Positions 1 through 9,732 are shown, counted from the stretch's first letter. The stretch is DNA of 64,000 nt from a bacterium (GCA_046757025.1 JBHHXN010000003.1:35248-99247); one strand, 5' to 3'. The notes: generated by a model not told the origin, from the sequence alone. Numbers and translations are program-made.

Positions 1-669
1 ACCGTTATCGCGCAGGGTGTCCTCTCTGGTGGGCACCGGATACGACGGCGGGAAAAATTGATAAAGAACGTGTTGAATATCGTTTAGTCCCTCTGTGTCG
101 AAAACGGTGACGGATATTTGAAACTGGTAAGAGGAGTCCACATACACAATGGTGGGTAACTGTACCTGAACGATTTCGGGTGGCGTATTTTCCGTTCCCT
201 GCATCACGTTGATCATCTTCTGCAGCGTGTCGCTGTGGTTGCCGCTTTTGTCCACCGCGGTGGCTTGAACATTGAAAAAACCGGTATCATTTTGGGCAAA
301 ACTGCCGTCTATCTGTGCAACAAACACGCCGTCTCCCGGGATGATGTCGCCGTTTTTGCCGTCGTCCAGCAGACGGCCTTCGGCGGAAGGAGCCGCGCCC
401 TCCGCTTTACTGATGACGTAACTGACGATTTCGATGTCCGCGACCCCCTGCGGATCTTCCACTTTCACGGAAAGAAGATGTTTTCGAAGCGAGGCGTTGT
501 ACACGACTTCTGGCACCACAAAATCGACAATTTTGGGTTCGAACTCCGTTGGCGTCTGCAGCGGGTTATCCTCGCTGCAGTTCCAGAAAAAGAACAAGAC
601 GATCAGACTAAAAACGTAATATTTCTTGCGGATACTTTTTATGCCGGCAATAAAAAAACTCAAGCTCAT
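1..669 (-). CDS. Secreted lipoprotein with choice-of-anchor-X-like (L.DDG..GD...DG.F) domains; 3' end lies outside the window
   Basis: Not in the ORF track. Manually translated from ATG at 669: MSLSFFIAGIKSIRKKYYVFSLIVLFFFWNCSEDNPLQ...LLDDGKNGDIIPGDGVFVAQIDG...EDTLRDNG, open to position 1. Lipobox-like FWN-C; a second LRDNG motif begins at the window edge. Confidence 0.75.
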   Translation of the reverse strand, partial: MSLSFFIAGIKSIRKKYYVFSLIVLFFFWNCSEDNPLQTPTEFEPKIVDFVVPEVVYNASLRKHLLSVKVEDPQGVADIEIVSYVISKAEGAAPSAEGRLLDDGKNGDIIPGDGVFVAQIDGSFAQNDTGFFNVQATAVDKSGNHSDTLQKMINVMQGTENTPPEIVQVQLPTIVYVDSSYQFQISVTVFDTEGLNDIQHVLYQFFPPSYPVPTREDTLRDNG

Positions 670-835
670 GCGATATTTTAATTTAATATTTTGAATTCGT
701 TAATAAACAACCACTTTAAACGAAGAAATCTCGACAGAAGATTTGGAGGTAAAGATTTTTCGCCGTGGAGTGTATCCGGAGCCACGTTGCAGAATTCCTC
801 CCATCGACAACAATTGTGCGTAGCCTTCAAACACC

Positions 836-1492
836 TTATCTTACGGTTGAAAAAATTTCTTGCCACTTGTCTTTTAATTCAGCAACATTGTTAAAAAAAT
901 AATCTGCGCCCTTCAGGTGGTGTCGGCTCAAAGTCGTGGTCAGGGCCACGACTTTCATGCCGGCGCTGCAAGCGGCCTGAATCCCCAGCGGTGCGTTTTC
1001 CACCACCAGACAATTCGCGGGCTTTACCCGCAATTTCTGCGCGGCTTTTAAATAGGGTTCCGGGGCCGGTTTTCCGTTGCAAGTTTCATCCCCCGTAATG
1101 ATCACATCGAATAACGAAACCACGTTCGGACATAAAATCGCCCGAACATTTGCAAGGGTCGAACCCGTAACCAGTCCGAGTTGCAGTCCGTGCTCTTGCA
1201 ATCGTCGCAATAATTCTTCAGCGCCATTTTCAATTTTAGCGCGGGTAATTTCCCGATAACGATCTTGTTTTTCGGCAACGAAGCGATTTAATTCGGTTTC
1301 CGATATCGGCTTTTGCCGCTCATTGAATATTTTACCAGCCAAATCGATGGATTTGCTGCCTTCGGTTAAAAGGATGTCTTCCGGTTGGATTTCGATATCA
1401 AATTCGCGGTAAACGTCCTGCCAGGCTTGCACGTGAAAAGACATGCTGTCCACCAGCACGCCGTCGAAATCAAACAAGACTGCTTTTATCAA
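836..1492 (-). CDS. HAD-superfamily phosphatase (beta-phosphoglucomutase/CbbY-like)
   Basis: Motif I FDFDGVLVDS, motif II VTGS, motif III KPAPEPY, motif IV VVENAPLGI; TTG start with GAGGG RBS. Confidence 0.9.
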   Translation of the reverse strand: MIKAVLFDFDGVLVDSMSFHVQAWQDVYREFDIEIQPEDILLTEGSKSIDLAGKIFNERQKPISETELNRFVAEKQDRYREITRAKIENGAEELLRRLQEHGLQLGLVTGSTLANVRAILCPNVVSLFDVIITGDETCNGKPAPEPYLKAAQKLRVKPANCLVVENAPLGIQAACSAGMKVVALTTTLSRHHLKGADYFFNNVAELKDKWQEIFSTVR

Positions 1493-1520
1493 AGATAACC
1501 CTCTAAATTAGCAAAGGCAC

Positions 1521-1549
1521 AATATAGGATATTTCAAAAGCATTTTCAA
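1521..1549 (-). promoter_or_regulatory. sigma70-type promoter for the HAD gene
   Basis: Minus strand TTGAAA-17 nt-TATATT about 30 nt upstream of the start codon. Confidence 0.55.
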
Positions 1550-1885
1550 GGTTTATTTTGCTCAAATTACGCCATAATTCGTCGAACTAACCCGGTAGTC
1601 TGATTGATTCTGATGCGAGGAATTGAGACACTTCGGGTTTCGAGTTTGAAGTTTCAGGTTTAAAGATGCGGCAGATGTCATCAGCAAGAGAACTGTAGGC
1701 CATTTATGATTCTCAATTTTCCATGTCAACTCCAGAATCGGTGTTCCCTCACTAATTCAGCTCAGCGGTATCCCCAAAATAGTTCTGTTCCGCCTAAAAA
1801 CCTCTTGCCAGCGCCAGCCATTCGGCACTCTGACCGGGCCTGACCCACCGAACTCAGTGACCATCAGACCGGGATTCGTGGCGAC

Positions 1886-3262
1886 TCATGCGACTTCTTC
1901 CAGCACCGCGGTAAAGTGCCGCAAAAACGGCGCTTCGTGTACGATGCGCAGCCCTTTGATCTGCTCGCGGTTCTTAAAAATGTCGATGATGGACTCGGCC
2001 ACGTACTCCATGTGCATGGTGGTGTACACCCGCCGGGGAATGGCCAGCCGCACCAGCTCGAGCTGGGGGTATTTGACTTCCCCGGTTTTCGGGTCTTTGG
2101 CAGCGAACATCAGGCTGCCGATTTCCACCGCACGAATGCCGGCTTCCCGATACAATGCCACGGTCAAGGCCTGTGCCGGGAACTGCTCCTGCGGCATGTC
2201 GGGCAGGAATTCTTTGGCGTTGAGATAAACCGCATGCCCGCCCACCGGTTTGACGATGGGCACACCGGCCTGAGCCAATTTCTCTCCGAGATGTCGCACC
2301 TGACTGATGCGGTAATGCAGGTAGTCCTCATCCAGAACCTCCTCCAACCCACGGGCAATGGCTTCCAGATCCCGACCGGCCAGACCGCCATAGGTCGGGA
2401 AGCCCTCGATGAGGATTTCGAGATTTTTGAGCTGCTCAGCCCAGTCGTCGTTGTTGGTGCCCAAAAAACCGCCGATGTTCACCAGTCCGTCTTTTTTGGC
2501 GCTCATGGTGCAACCGTCGCTGTAAGAAAACAGCTCCTGGGCGATTTCTAAAATGGATTTATTCTCATAGCCCGGTTCCCTTTCTTTGATGAAGTAGCAG
2601 TTTTCAGCAAATCGGCAGGCGTCGAAAAACAGCGGGATTTTGTATTTATTCAGCAGCGCCCTGGTCTTGCGGATATTTTGCATGGACACCGGCTGACCGC
2701 CGCCAGAATTGTTGGTGATGGTGATGATCACCAGCGGTATGCGATCGGTGCCGTATTCCTGAATGGTTGCTTCCAATTTCTTCAAATCCATGTTGCCTTT
2801 GAATTCGAATTCGTTGCGCGGGTCCAGCCCTTCGTCGATAACCAGATCCAGGGCGGCGGCTTTATTGTACTCCACATTCGCCCGGGTGGTGTCAAAATGA
2901 ATATTGTTGGGAACAAGATCGCCCTCTTTTAAAATAACCGAGAAAAGCAGATTCTCGGCCACCCGGCCCTGGTGAGTGGGGATGATATGTTTGAATCCAA
3001 AAATCTCGCGCACCTTTTTTTCAAAATGATAAAAATTGCGGCTGCCGGCATAAGACTCGTCGCCCATCATCATACCGGCCCATTGATAGTCGCTCATGGC
3101 CGCAGTACCGCTGTCCGTCAGCAAATCCACGTAAATGCTTTCTGCTGGTAGATTAAAAACGTTTAAACCGCCCTGTTGCAGCAATTTGTCGCGCTCTTTG
3201 CGCGTGGTTCGCTTCACCTTTTCAACAACTTTAATCTTAAATGGCTCGGATGGGAATTGCAT
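1886..3262 (-). CDS. tnaA: Tryptophanase (PLP beta-eliminating lyase)
   Basis: DLLTDSGT, THQGR, FDTT, PLP-lysine motif SAKKDGLVNIGG. C-terminal LRHFTA (His, as in TnaA; tyrosine phenol-lyase has Phe) and AVEIG (no TPL-specific Arg). Confidence 0.9.
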   Translation of the reverse strand: MQFPSEPFKIKVVEKVKRTTRKERDKLLQQGGLNVFNLPAESIYVDLLTDSGTAAMSDYQWAGMMMGDESYAGSRNFYHFEKKVREIFGFKHIIPTHQGRVAENLLFSVILKEGDLVPNNIHFDTTRANVEYNKAAALDLVIDEGLDPRNEFEFKGNMDLKKLEATIQEYGTDRIPLVIITITNNSGGGQPVSMQNIRKTRALLNKYKIPLFFDACRFAENCYFIKEREPGYENKSILEIAQELFSYSDGCTMSAKKDGLVNIGGFLGTNNDDWAEQLKNLEILIEGFPTYGGLAGRDLEAIARGLEEVLDEDYLHYRISQVRHLGEKLAQAGVPIVKPVGGHAVYLNAKEFLPDMPQEQFPAQALTVALYREAGIRAVEIGSLMFAAKDPKTGEVKYPQLELVRLAIPRRVYTTMHMEYVAESIIDIFKNREQIKGLRIVHEAPFLRHFTAVLEEVA

Positions 3263-3331
3263 GTTGTTTCCTTTCTATTTAAATCGTATAAATTACAGCG
3301 TTATCCTGTTATTCAACAATCTTCTTATGTG

Positions 3332-3428
3332 GTCATTCTGAACGCGCCCACTCCGCGGCGGAGCGATGATTCTCATACCATAAAGCCTGAGTACGCCACC
3401 AGAATGATCCACTGTCAGAACGAATGAC
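3332..3428. repeat. GTCAT...ATGAC-bounded palindromic intergenic repeat (CGTC-type REP-like)
   Basis: GTCATTCTGAAC...CAGAATGA/GAATGAC ends and an internal CTCCG-CGG-CGGAG hairpin; same end motif as 22781, 28713 and 55153. Confidence 0.55.
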
Positions 3429-3536
3429 CAACTGAACGGCATCGAAGGCTATTTTTTCAAGGGGTCATTCATAATATAATTGGTTGGTTATCCGTACAAA
3501 TCTTATTTTATTCGTTTTTCTAAATCCAGTCTCGTT

Positions 3537-4535
3537 TCAATTACGACATTTCACCAATTCAAATTCCACCTGAATGCCGCCGGTTTCAATACCAGCCCAA
3601 TTCTGGATGGTCGGTTTATGATAGGCCGAAAGCGCTTGCAGCTCTGTTGAAGAAATCAAGTCCATTTGCCGCAAACATTCCAGCATCACGGCATCCGAGG
3701 CGCGTTTACTGCCGTCGGCAATTTTCAGCGCTATTCCAAACGGCTTCTCTCCGCGCACGGCCAAACAGCGAATTCCCTCGGCACCGACTTTGCTGATCAT
3801 TCGTCCATTCATAACCTGCATCAAAACGGTATCGAAGCGATCACTGCCCGCAATCATTTCGGGAAAAGTGGACATGGCGTCGAACACTTTTTTTGTCAGC
3901 GGCGTTTCTGTGCGCGCCAATTGAGCGTACATGCGGGCCATATTTCGCAGGGGCATAAAAAACACCGGCGCACTGCAGCCATCCACACCGATTCCGATGT
4001 CCCCGACAGCTAAATTGGAAAAAAGGGAAATTTGTTGGAGAATGCGTTTTTGCACCGGGTGTTCCGGATCTAAATACGAAGCCAATTCCCAGCCGTGAAA
4101 TTTTGCCAGCGCCAGCATGCCGGCATGTTTACCGGAACAGTTGTTATAAATCGGCGAAGGCTTCTTATTCTGCCTAAAATGCTCCAGGGAACTGAGCTGG
4201 TGCATCGGGGTGTGAAAGCCACAGCGCAGGTCGTTTTCGGTCAAGCCGCACTTTTTGAGAATACTCCCAACCGTCTCGATATGAAAATCTTCGCCGTTGT
4301 GTGAGGCCATGATCACGGCCAGCTCTCTGTCTGTCAGTCTAAAATGTTCGTACACGCCGTCTTGCAGCATGGGCATAATTTGGATGGGTTTGGCTGCCGA
4401 ACGAATGTATGATTCATGGTCGGCGTTACCCACGAATGCCGCCAAATTATCGCGGGCATCGATCACGGCCAGGTGGCCAGCGTGAACGCTTTCCTCTCTT
4501 TCGTTACGAATCACCCGCCCTACTATTTCAGTCAA
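3537..4535 (-). CDS. L-asparaginase II family (class 3, Rhizobium etli AnsA type)
   Basis: RSAAKP (Ser-Lys), NNCSGKHAG (Zn-binding NCSGKH) and DGCSAP motifs. Confidence 0.88.
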   Translation of the reverse strand: MTEIVGRVIRNEREESVHAGHLAVIDARDNLAAFVGNADHESYIRSAAKPIQIMPMLQDGVYEHFRLTDRELAVIMASHNGEDFHIETVGSILKKCGLTENDLRCGFHTPMHQLSSLEHFRQNKKPSPIYNNCSGKHAGMLALAKFHGWELASYLDPEHPVQKRILQQISLFSNLAVGDIGIGVDGCSAPVFFMPLRNMARMYAQLARTETPLTKKVFDAMSTFPEMIAGSDRFDTVLMQVMNGRMISKVGAEGIRCLAVRGEKPFGIALKIADGSKRASDAVMLECLRQMDLISSTELQALSAYHKPTIQNWAGIETGGIQVEFELVKCRN

Positions 4536-4661
4536 AAGGGTTCCCTCATTTTACTTTTTACGCCGATTTTGCATTTTGAAATTTTGAACTCCTTGAAAAT
4601 TTAAAAGATAATTCCATGAATGTTCCGATCTAATTGATACAGCATCAGTTTAACTTGTGCC

Positions 4662-4805
4662 TGAACGAAAACGACCCTATCTTCCCGAAGGCCTCCTGGC
4701 CGAAAGTGAATTCCTGCCGAGCTCGACGGGGTCTGTAGAGAGCTTTGTCAGGGACGCCTTCACGAAGAGGTTTTTTAAATCTCGCGTTTCTTGTGTTTTC
4801 GTTCA
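4662..4805. repeat. 144-bp intergenic element bounded by an 11-bp inverted repeat
   Basis: TGAACGAAAAC (4662-4672) and GTTTTCGTTCA (4795-4805) enclose a GC-rich core in an AT-rich spacer. Confidence 0.4.
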
Positions 4806-4831
4806 ATAGTTATTAATCCAAAATTAAGGTT

Positions 4832-5548
4832 TTATCTTCGAATCAAATCCAACATTTCTTTCACTGCTCGTTCTATCCCCACCATCACGGCTTTGGCCAC
4901 GATGGAATGACCGATGTTCAATTCTTCGATTTGCTCGATTTCCAGAATATCCTGCACATTCTGATAATTCAAACCGTGGCCGGCGCTCACCCCCAGACCG
5001 ATTTTGGCCGCAGCAATGGCCATGGAACGGATCTTTTCCAGCTCATCGGTAATGCTGCCCAGGTCTTCGACCGTGGCGTAGGTGCCCGTGTGCAGCTCCA
5101 CATAATCGGCACCGCAACGGGCAGCCGCTTTCACCTGACCGATGTCGGGGTCGATGAACAGCGAGGTGACGATGTTGTGACTGTGCAGTTGGTTGATCAC
5201 CTCTTCGATCCAATCGAGGTTGCCCAGCACATCCAAACCGCCTTCGGTGGTGATCTCTTCGCGTTTTTCCGGCACCAATGTCACCATGTCGGGTACGACT
5301 TCCGTGGCGATTTTCACCATTTCATCCACTGCCGCCATTTCCAAATTCAAGTGGGTTTTTACCAGTTCTTTCAGCAGAAACAAATCTTTATCTTTGATAT
5401 GCCGCCTATCTTCCCGCAGGTGGCAGACAATGCCGTCCACCCCCGCCATCTCCGCGATCACGGCCGCTGCCACCGGATCCGGCATGTCGCCTTTGCGCGC
5501 CTCTCTTAAGGTGGCAACATGATCGACATTTAATCCTAATCTTACCAT
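4832..5548 (-). CDS. pdxJ: Pyridoxine 5'-phosphate synthase
   Basis: LGLNVDHVATLR, HLREDRRHI, ELHTG, AGHGL, ELNIGHSI. Confidence 0.97.
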   Translation of the reverse strand: MVRLGLNVDHVATLREARKGDMPDPVAAAVIAEMAGVDGIVCHLREDRRHIKDKDLFLLKELVKTHLNLEMAAVDEMVKIATEVVPDMVTLVPEKREEITTEGGLDVLGNLDWIEEVINQLHSHNIVTSLFIDPDIGQVKAAARCGADYVELHTGTYATVEDLGSITDELEKIRSMAIAAAKIGLGVSAGHGLNYQNVQDILEIEQIEELNIGHSIVAKAVMVGIERAVKEMLDLIRR

Positions 5549-5559
5549 GCGTCTCCCTC

Positions 5560-6630
5560 CTATTTTACAGTCTTAGAAACAGTGACAAATTTATATCCTT
5601 TTTTCTTTAAAACAGCGAGCTCTTGTTTTAACACTTTTAACGTCAACGGCCTAGGATGCCCGATGCCGATGGCCTGGCCATTTTTTGTTGCGATTTCCGC
5701 CAAAGAATAAAGCTGCTGACGAATGTACGGTTCTTCGTCGATGTTATCCAGAAAGGTATCGTTGATGTTGCACGGGATTTTCATTTTCTGTGCCTGGTTA
5801 AACGCCCGGGTTTTGGAGTTGGTGCGGCTATCCAGAAAAAACAGTTCGGTTTTTTTAACTTCATCCATCAGTGCGGCAACGACCTTTTCATCCACCGTAG
5901 CCAGCGACCCCATGTGGTTGTTCATGCCGACGGCATGTGGAATCGCGGCAATGGCTTTTCGAACCCGGCTGCGAACTTCGGTGTCGTTCATACTGGTTAA
6001 TAGAATGTATTCGTCGAACTTGACTTTATTGGCTTGCGGTTCCATGGGTAAATGCAGCATGACCTCACGATGATTGCCAAAAGCGGATTCCGCGATCTTC
6101 CTGGAGTAGGATAAACCCGGCAAAATCGACAGGGTGACTTTGGGCTCTAAATTGATGAATTCTTTCACCGTTTTATTAAAGGAATAACCAAAATCGTCGA
6201 TGACGATGGCGATTTTACCGCCTATACGTTTCAAAGCATTATCCTGCACCAGGGTCAGTTTAAACAAGGCTTCGCCGTCCACGGCGACTTCGATGACCAT
6301 CTCGTCCCAGGTGGGATTGGTTTCGGCTTTCAGAAACTGGGCGCCGGAGTCGCGCAATTTGGCCACCAGATCAACATACGGCTCGAGCATATTTAAATCA
6401 ACCGGAATCCTGACGGTTTTGTGGTAGCTGTCGCCAGTAATCCATTCCACTCGAATGCCGTAATCGAATAAAATTTCATAAACACGAAATTTGAGACTTT
6501 CTTTTTGTGCATGATCATCGAAATTAAAATCACTTTCAGGCCACTGCAAAACTTTGATCGCGAAAAAAATGAGAGAGGTGATGAAAAGAGTCCAAAAAAA
6601 TCTAACTTTCCAGCGCGGCATCTTCGTCAT
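5560..6630 (-). CDS. Divergent polysaccharide deacetylase family protein (YibQ-like), N-terminal membrane anchor
   Basis: IVIDDFG, HLPMEP, NNHMGS, FLDSRT, DTFLDN, IGIGHP. Confidence 0.9.
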   Translation of the reverse strand: MTKMPRWKVRFFWTLFITSLIFFAIKVLQWPESDFNFDDHAQKESLKFRVYEILFDYGIRVEWITGDSYHKTVRIPVDLNMLEPYVDLVAKLRDSGAQFLKAETNPTWDEMVIEVAVDGEALFKLTLVQDNALKRIGGKIAIVIDDFGYSFNKTVKEFINLEPKVTLSILPGLSYSRKIAESAFGNHREVMLHLPMEPQANKVKFDEYILLTSMNDTEVRSRVRKAIAAIPHAVGMNNHMGSLATVDEKVVAALMDEVKKTELFFLDSRTNSKTRAFNQAQKMKIPCNINDTFLDNIDEEPYIRQQLYSLAEIATKNGQAIGIGHPRPLTLKVLKQELAVLKKKGYKFVTVSKTVK

Positions 6631-7238
6631 TAAAAAATTAGTGCTTTTAATTTACTCCAGGTCGCATCTACTCCATTAGTAAAGTCCTCCCACCGATAAA
6701 TCGCCCAGTCGCCTGTGTGATTCTTTTCCAGCCAAAATTTTGCCTGCCCTTTCACCAGCACCGGGATGCCTTCACCCTGGCGGGTGTGCAGCATAATCAA
6801 TTGATAATTCTGCGTGAATGTTGCGGTGGTGGCGCCCTCTTCCACGCGGGGTTCGTCAAATCGCAATTCATGCAAGGAATCAGCAGGCGTGGCTTGGAAA
6901 AGTAGCGTGATATATAGTCGCTCTTCGCTCAAGCTCCAATTCTGAAAAACCCCCGGATTGGCTGCTGCCACTCCTTGGTCCGGCACAAATTCAAATTTCT
7001 TTTCCGAACGCGTTGTATCCACAAAACTTCTCATATAATTTTCAGCATTTCTTTCCAGGATGGCAAAACGCATATTGTCAAAGACCATTTCCGGCGTGAT
7101 GGGCGGAATGTAATTGGACACGGTTTTCTGCGGCGGCTGGGGCTCGCGCGTAGTAAACGGATTGGCACATGCGAAAAACACCACCACCAGCCACCAAATC
7201 CCGTAAACGGCACATTTGTTTTTTAATTTTACTTGCAA
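6630..7238 (-). CDS. Hypothetical lipoprotein
   Basis: Hydrophobic stretch then FFAC-ANPFTTREPQPP; overlaps the next gene by 1 nt (coupled). Exact start uncertain. Confidence 0.7.
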   Translation of the reverse strand: MQVKLKNKCAVYGIWWLVVVFFACANPFTTREPQPPQKTVSNYIPPITPEMVFDNMRFAILERNAENYMRSFVDTTRSEKKFEFVPDQGVAAANPGVFQNWSLSEERLYITLLFQATPADSLHELRFDEPRVEEGATTATFTQNYQLIMLHTRQGEGIPVLVKGQAKFWLEKNHTGDWAIYRWEDFTNGVDATWSKLKALIF

Positions 7239-7261
7239 TAGACTGTTAAAAAACTTAAATT
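7233..7261 (+). promoter_or_regulatory. sigma70-type promoter for fxsA
   Basis: TTGCAA-17 nt-TAAATT, 28 nt upstream of the ATG. Confidence 0.5.
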
Positions 7262-7288
7262 AAAAACGGTCAAATATTTAGCCCTATT

Positions 7289-7699
7289 ATGCTGATTCGT
7301 TTACTTTTACTTTTTACCGTGGTACCGCTCCTGGAGCTGGCTTTGCTCATCGAGCTGGGCAAGGCCGTCGGGCTGTTCAACACCATTGCCATCGTTATCA
7401 CCACTGGCGTGGCAGGCGCTTACCTGGCGCGCTCCCAGGGCTTTGGACTGCTCAGTCGTATTCAAAAGGAGCTGGCACTGGGCCACATGCCCGCCGAAAG
7501 TTTGATCGATGGCGCCATGATTCTCGCGGGTGCCATATTATTGCTGACCCCCGGCCTGATCACCGATACTCTGGGACTGGCCCTGCTGCTGCCGTTTACG
7601 CGGGCGATCATAAAGATTTATCTAAAGAACTATTTCCAAAAAAAAATCCATCAGGGCGAAATTCAAGTCCACTATCGCGTCGATGATGATTCAGATTAA
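7289..7699 (+). CDS. fxsA: FxsA family membrane protein
   Basis: PLLELALLIELG...RSQG...LLLTPGLITD pattern typical of FxsA. Confidence 0.9.
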   Translation: MLIRLLLLFTVVPLLELALLIELGKAVGLFNTIAIVITTGVAGAYLARSQGFGLLSRIQKELALGHMPAESLIDGAMILAGAILLLTPGLITDTLGLALLLPFTRAIIKIYLKNYFQKKIHQGEIQVHYRVDDDSD

Positions 7700-7790
7700 G
7701 CTTAAATTGGCCCTTGAAAATATTGAAAATTTCTTTTTTATTCAAGGGTTATTTTCCACACAAAATTCCACTTCGGGCTCCTGGCTGAAT

Positions 7791-8504
7791 TCAATCATCA
7801 CAAATTTGAATCCGCAGTCGTTTGTTGATGCGCCCCTTACTCTCATGCCCCACGATTTCTATTCGACCCACCTCCTGCGTGTTGTTTAAGTGCGTTCCGC
7901 CATCCGCCTGCAAATCCAGACCAACGATTTCCACGGTGCGCACCATTTGGATACCTTCGGGTAACAGGTTGATTTTGGTACGAATCAAATCCGGAATTTT
8001 GAACGCCTCCGCCCGCGGCAATATTTTGACCTGCACTGGCCGAGCCGCCTGAACCTCTTGGTTGATCGCGGTTCCGACTTTTTCCGCAAAATCCGCGGAC
8101 ATGGATTCCAACTCAAAATCCATGCGTGCCCTGAGCGGTTCCATGTTGCCACCGGTGACCTGCGCTCCAAAATCCCGCCAGATCACCCCGCACAAAATAT
8201 GCAAGGCCGTATGTGTACGCATAAGCTGATACCGCCGCTGCCAATCGATGCGGCCGGTGACGTTTTCAGACACGCCCGGCATCGCGCCTTCCAAATAATG
8301 CAGCACCTTGTCCCCCATTTTTTTCACTTTTGTGACTAGAGCTTCTCTACCGTTCCAGAACAATTTACCTTCGTCCGCGGGCTGACCGCCACCACCGGGA
8401 TAAAAAACGGTTTTATCCAGAACCACCGCCCCCTCCTCCACCGCCAGTACGCGAGCCGACAGCTCTTTCAAATAGCTGTCGGTTTGATAAAGCAATTCTG
8501 TCAT
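7791..8504 (-). CDS. alaX: Free-standing alanyl-tRNA editing protein (AlaX-M type)
   Basis: FYPGGGGQPAD, MRTHTALH (HxxxH), PDLIRTK, QADGGTH. Confidence 0.9.
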   Translation of the reverse strand: MTELLYQTDSYLKELSARVLAVEEGAVVLDKTVFYPGGGGQPADEGKLFWNGREALVTKVKKMGDKVLHYLEGAMPGVSENVTGRIDWQRRYQLMRTHTALHILCGVIWRDFGAQVTGGNMEPLRARMDFELESMSADFAEKVGTAINQEVQAARPVQVKILPRAEAFKIPDLIRTKINLLPEGIQMVRTVEIVGLDLQADGGTHLNNTQEVGRIEIVGHESKGRINKRLRIQICDD

Positions 8505-8737
8505 GATTTGCCCTCCTTTTCAGTTAAATGATCAGACTGCAGGGGCTATAATTTGACCAACATCTGTAATCGCGATTGCGGATTTTGGATTTCCGTGAAT
8601 TCAATTTTCAAGAGCCCTGATCGCAATGGTTTGCATTTTACGGCAGGGTTAAATTAAGAAGAATGAAGCGCAAAAGCAAGCGTCCTGCGCCGGTGGGTTC
8701 ATTTTATCAGCATGCCAATCCCGAAGAAAAGGGGGGG

Positions 8738-9340
8738 TTAGTAAGGCGAGTACTTTTCACCCGCCCGGATCGCCACGTCCAGACGGTTTTCTTGCGGCGG
8801 TAAAGGACAGCTATATTCCGGTTTGCCATAAGCGCAGGAGGGATTGTACGCTAAATTAAAATTGATCTCGTACAAACCGGAAGCATTTTCTCTGAAATCG
8901 AGATAGCGGCCGCCGGGGTAAGTTTCATGGCCGCTGGTGGCGTCCAGAAAAGGCAAAAATAAGGAATTGCTAAACTTACCGTTCATGTCCACCACCTTGT
9001 AAACCTGCAGAATGCATTCTTCTCCATCCATCTCAAATTTAAAATACCCGTATTTTAACGCCTTCCGCTCAACGCCGGTGCTGGTCATCATTTTAAATGG
9101 GGTTTTGTTTTCGTACTGATTAAGCCTGGCATAAAAGCGATAATTCAAGTCGATGGGAAAATAACTGAGTCCCTGAAAATCGTCTTTGTGGGTTTCGGGA
9201 ATCGGCGAATTTACGGAAGTCTTAAAGGTGCGGTCTTTTTCAGCACGGTAGCGCTGAATATTCTCGATGATGCTGTTTTCGAAGACGTCCGAGTTGTTAC
9301 AACCGACTATTAAAAACAACGATAAGATAATCAATATCAT
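8738..9340 (-). CDS. DUF1684 family protein, probably a lipoprotein
   Basis: LIVGC lipobox; GLSYFP, PFLDATSGHETYPGGRYL, FNLAYNPSCAY, CPLPP.EN.L.V.I.AGE. Confidence 0.88.
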   Translation of the reverse strand: MILIILSLFLIVGCNNSDVFENSIIENIQRYRAEKDRTFKTSVNSPIPETHKDDFQGLSYFPIDLNYRFYARLNQYENKTPFKMMTSTGVERKALKYGYFKFEMDGEECILQVYKVVDMNGKFSNSLFLPFLDATSGHETYPGGRYLDFRENASGLYEINFNLAYNPSCAYGKPEYSCPLPPQENRLDVAIRAGEKYSPY

Positions 9341-9543
9341 GGTGCTATGTTCATATAATATTTTTGTGGATGAAGTATATTACCCTGTGAAACAATGAAA
9401 TTCAAAATTCTATTTCCCACAAGAGTCATTTTTTAGGCGCTTAGCGCCGTACTTCGACAATTTGTTATCGATACATTGAATCGTTAAAAATCGCATAGTG
9501 AACAAAATTGAGTATCCCAGAATGCGGAAAGCGGTAAGGTGTG

Positions 9544-9579
9544 TTTGCAGACGATAGACCTGCAAATTCCGAAATCCGC
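9544..9579. repeat. 36-bp dispersed hairpin repeat, copy 1 (copy 2 at 28975-29010)
   Basis: TTTGCAGACGATAGACCTGCAAATTCCGAAATCCGC; 32/36 identical to copy 2; TTTGCAG/CTGCAAA stem. Confidence 0.6.
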
Positions 9580-9732
9580 ATTCCCAATTCTTCAATGGAA
9601 CTGTTTCAGAAGTCCTTTTCCTTATACGGCGTCAGCCCTTTTATCGCAACCGCATCAGCGAAAATCCGTCGTAACTTTCTCGGCACTTTCAATCCTCTCT
9701 CCTCACTCCGCTATCCACCATCTTTTCATCTT

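Noticed and set aside
1886-3262. Tyrosine phenol-lyase
   Set aside because: The specificity residues are tryptophanase-type (LRHF, EIG).
3263-3536. TnaC-like leader peptide upstream of tnaA
   Set aside because: The only leader ORFs (a 7-codon one and a 49-aa MPFSWSF... one) lack the W..D...P-stop spacing of TnaC; the structure there is a REP-like repeat.
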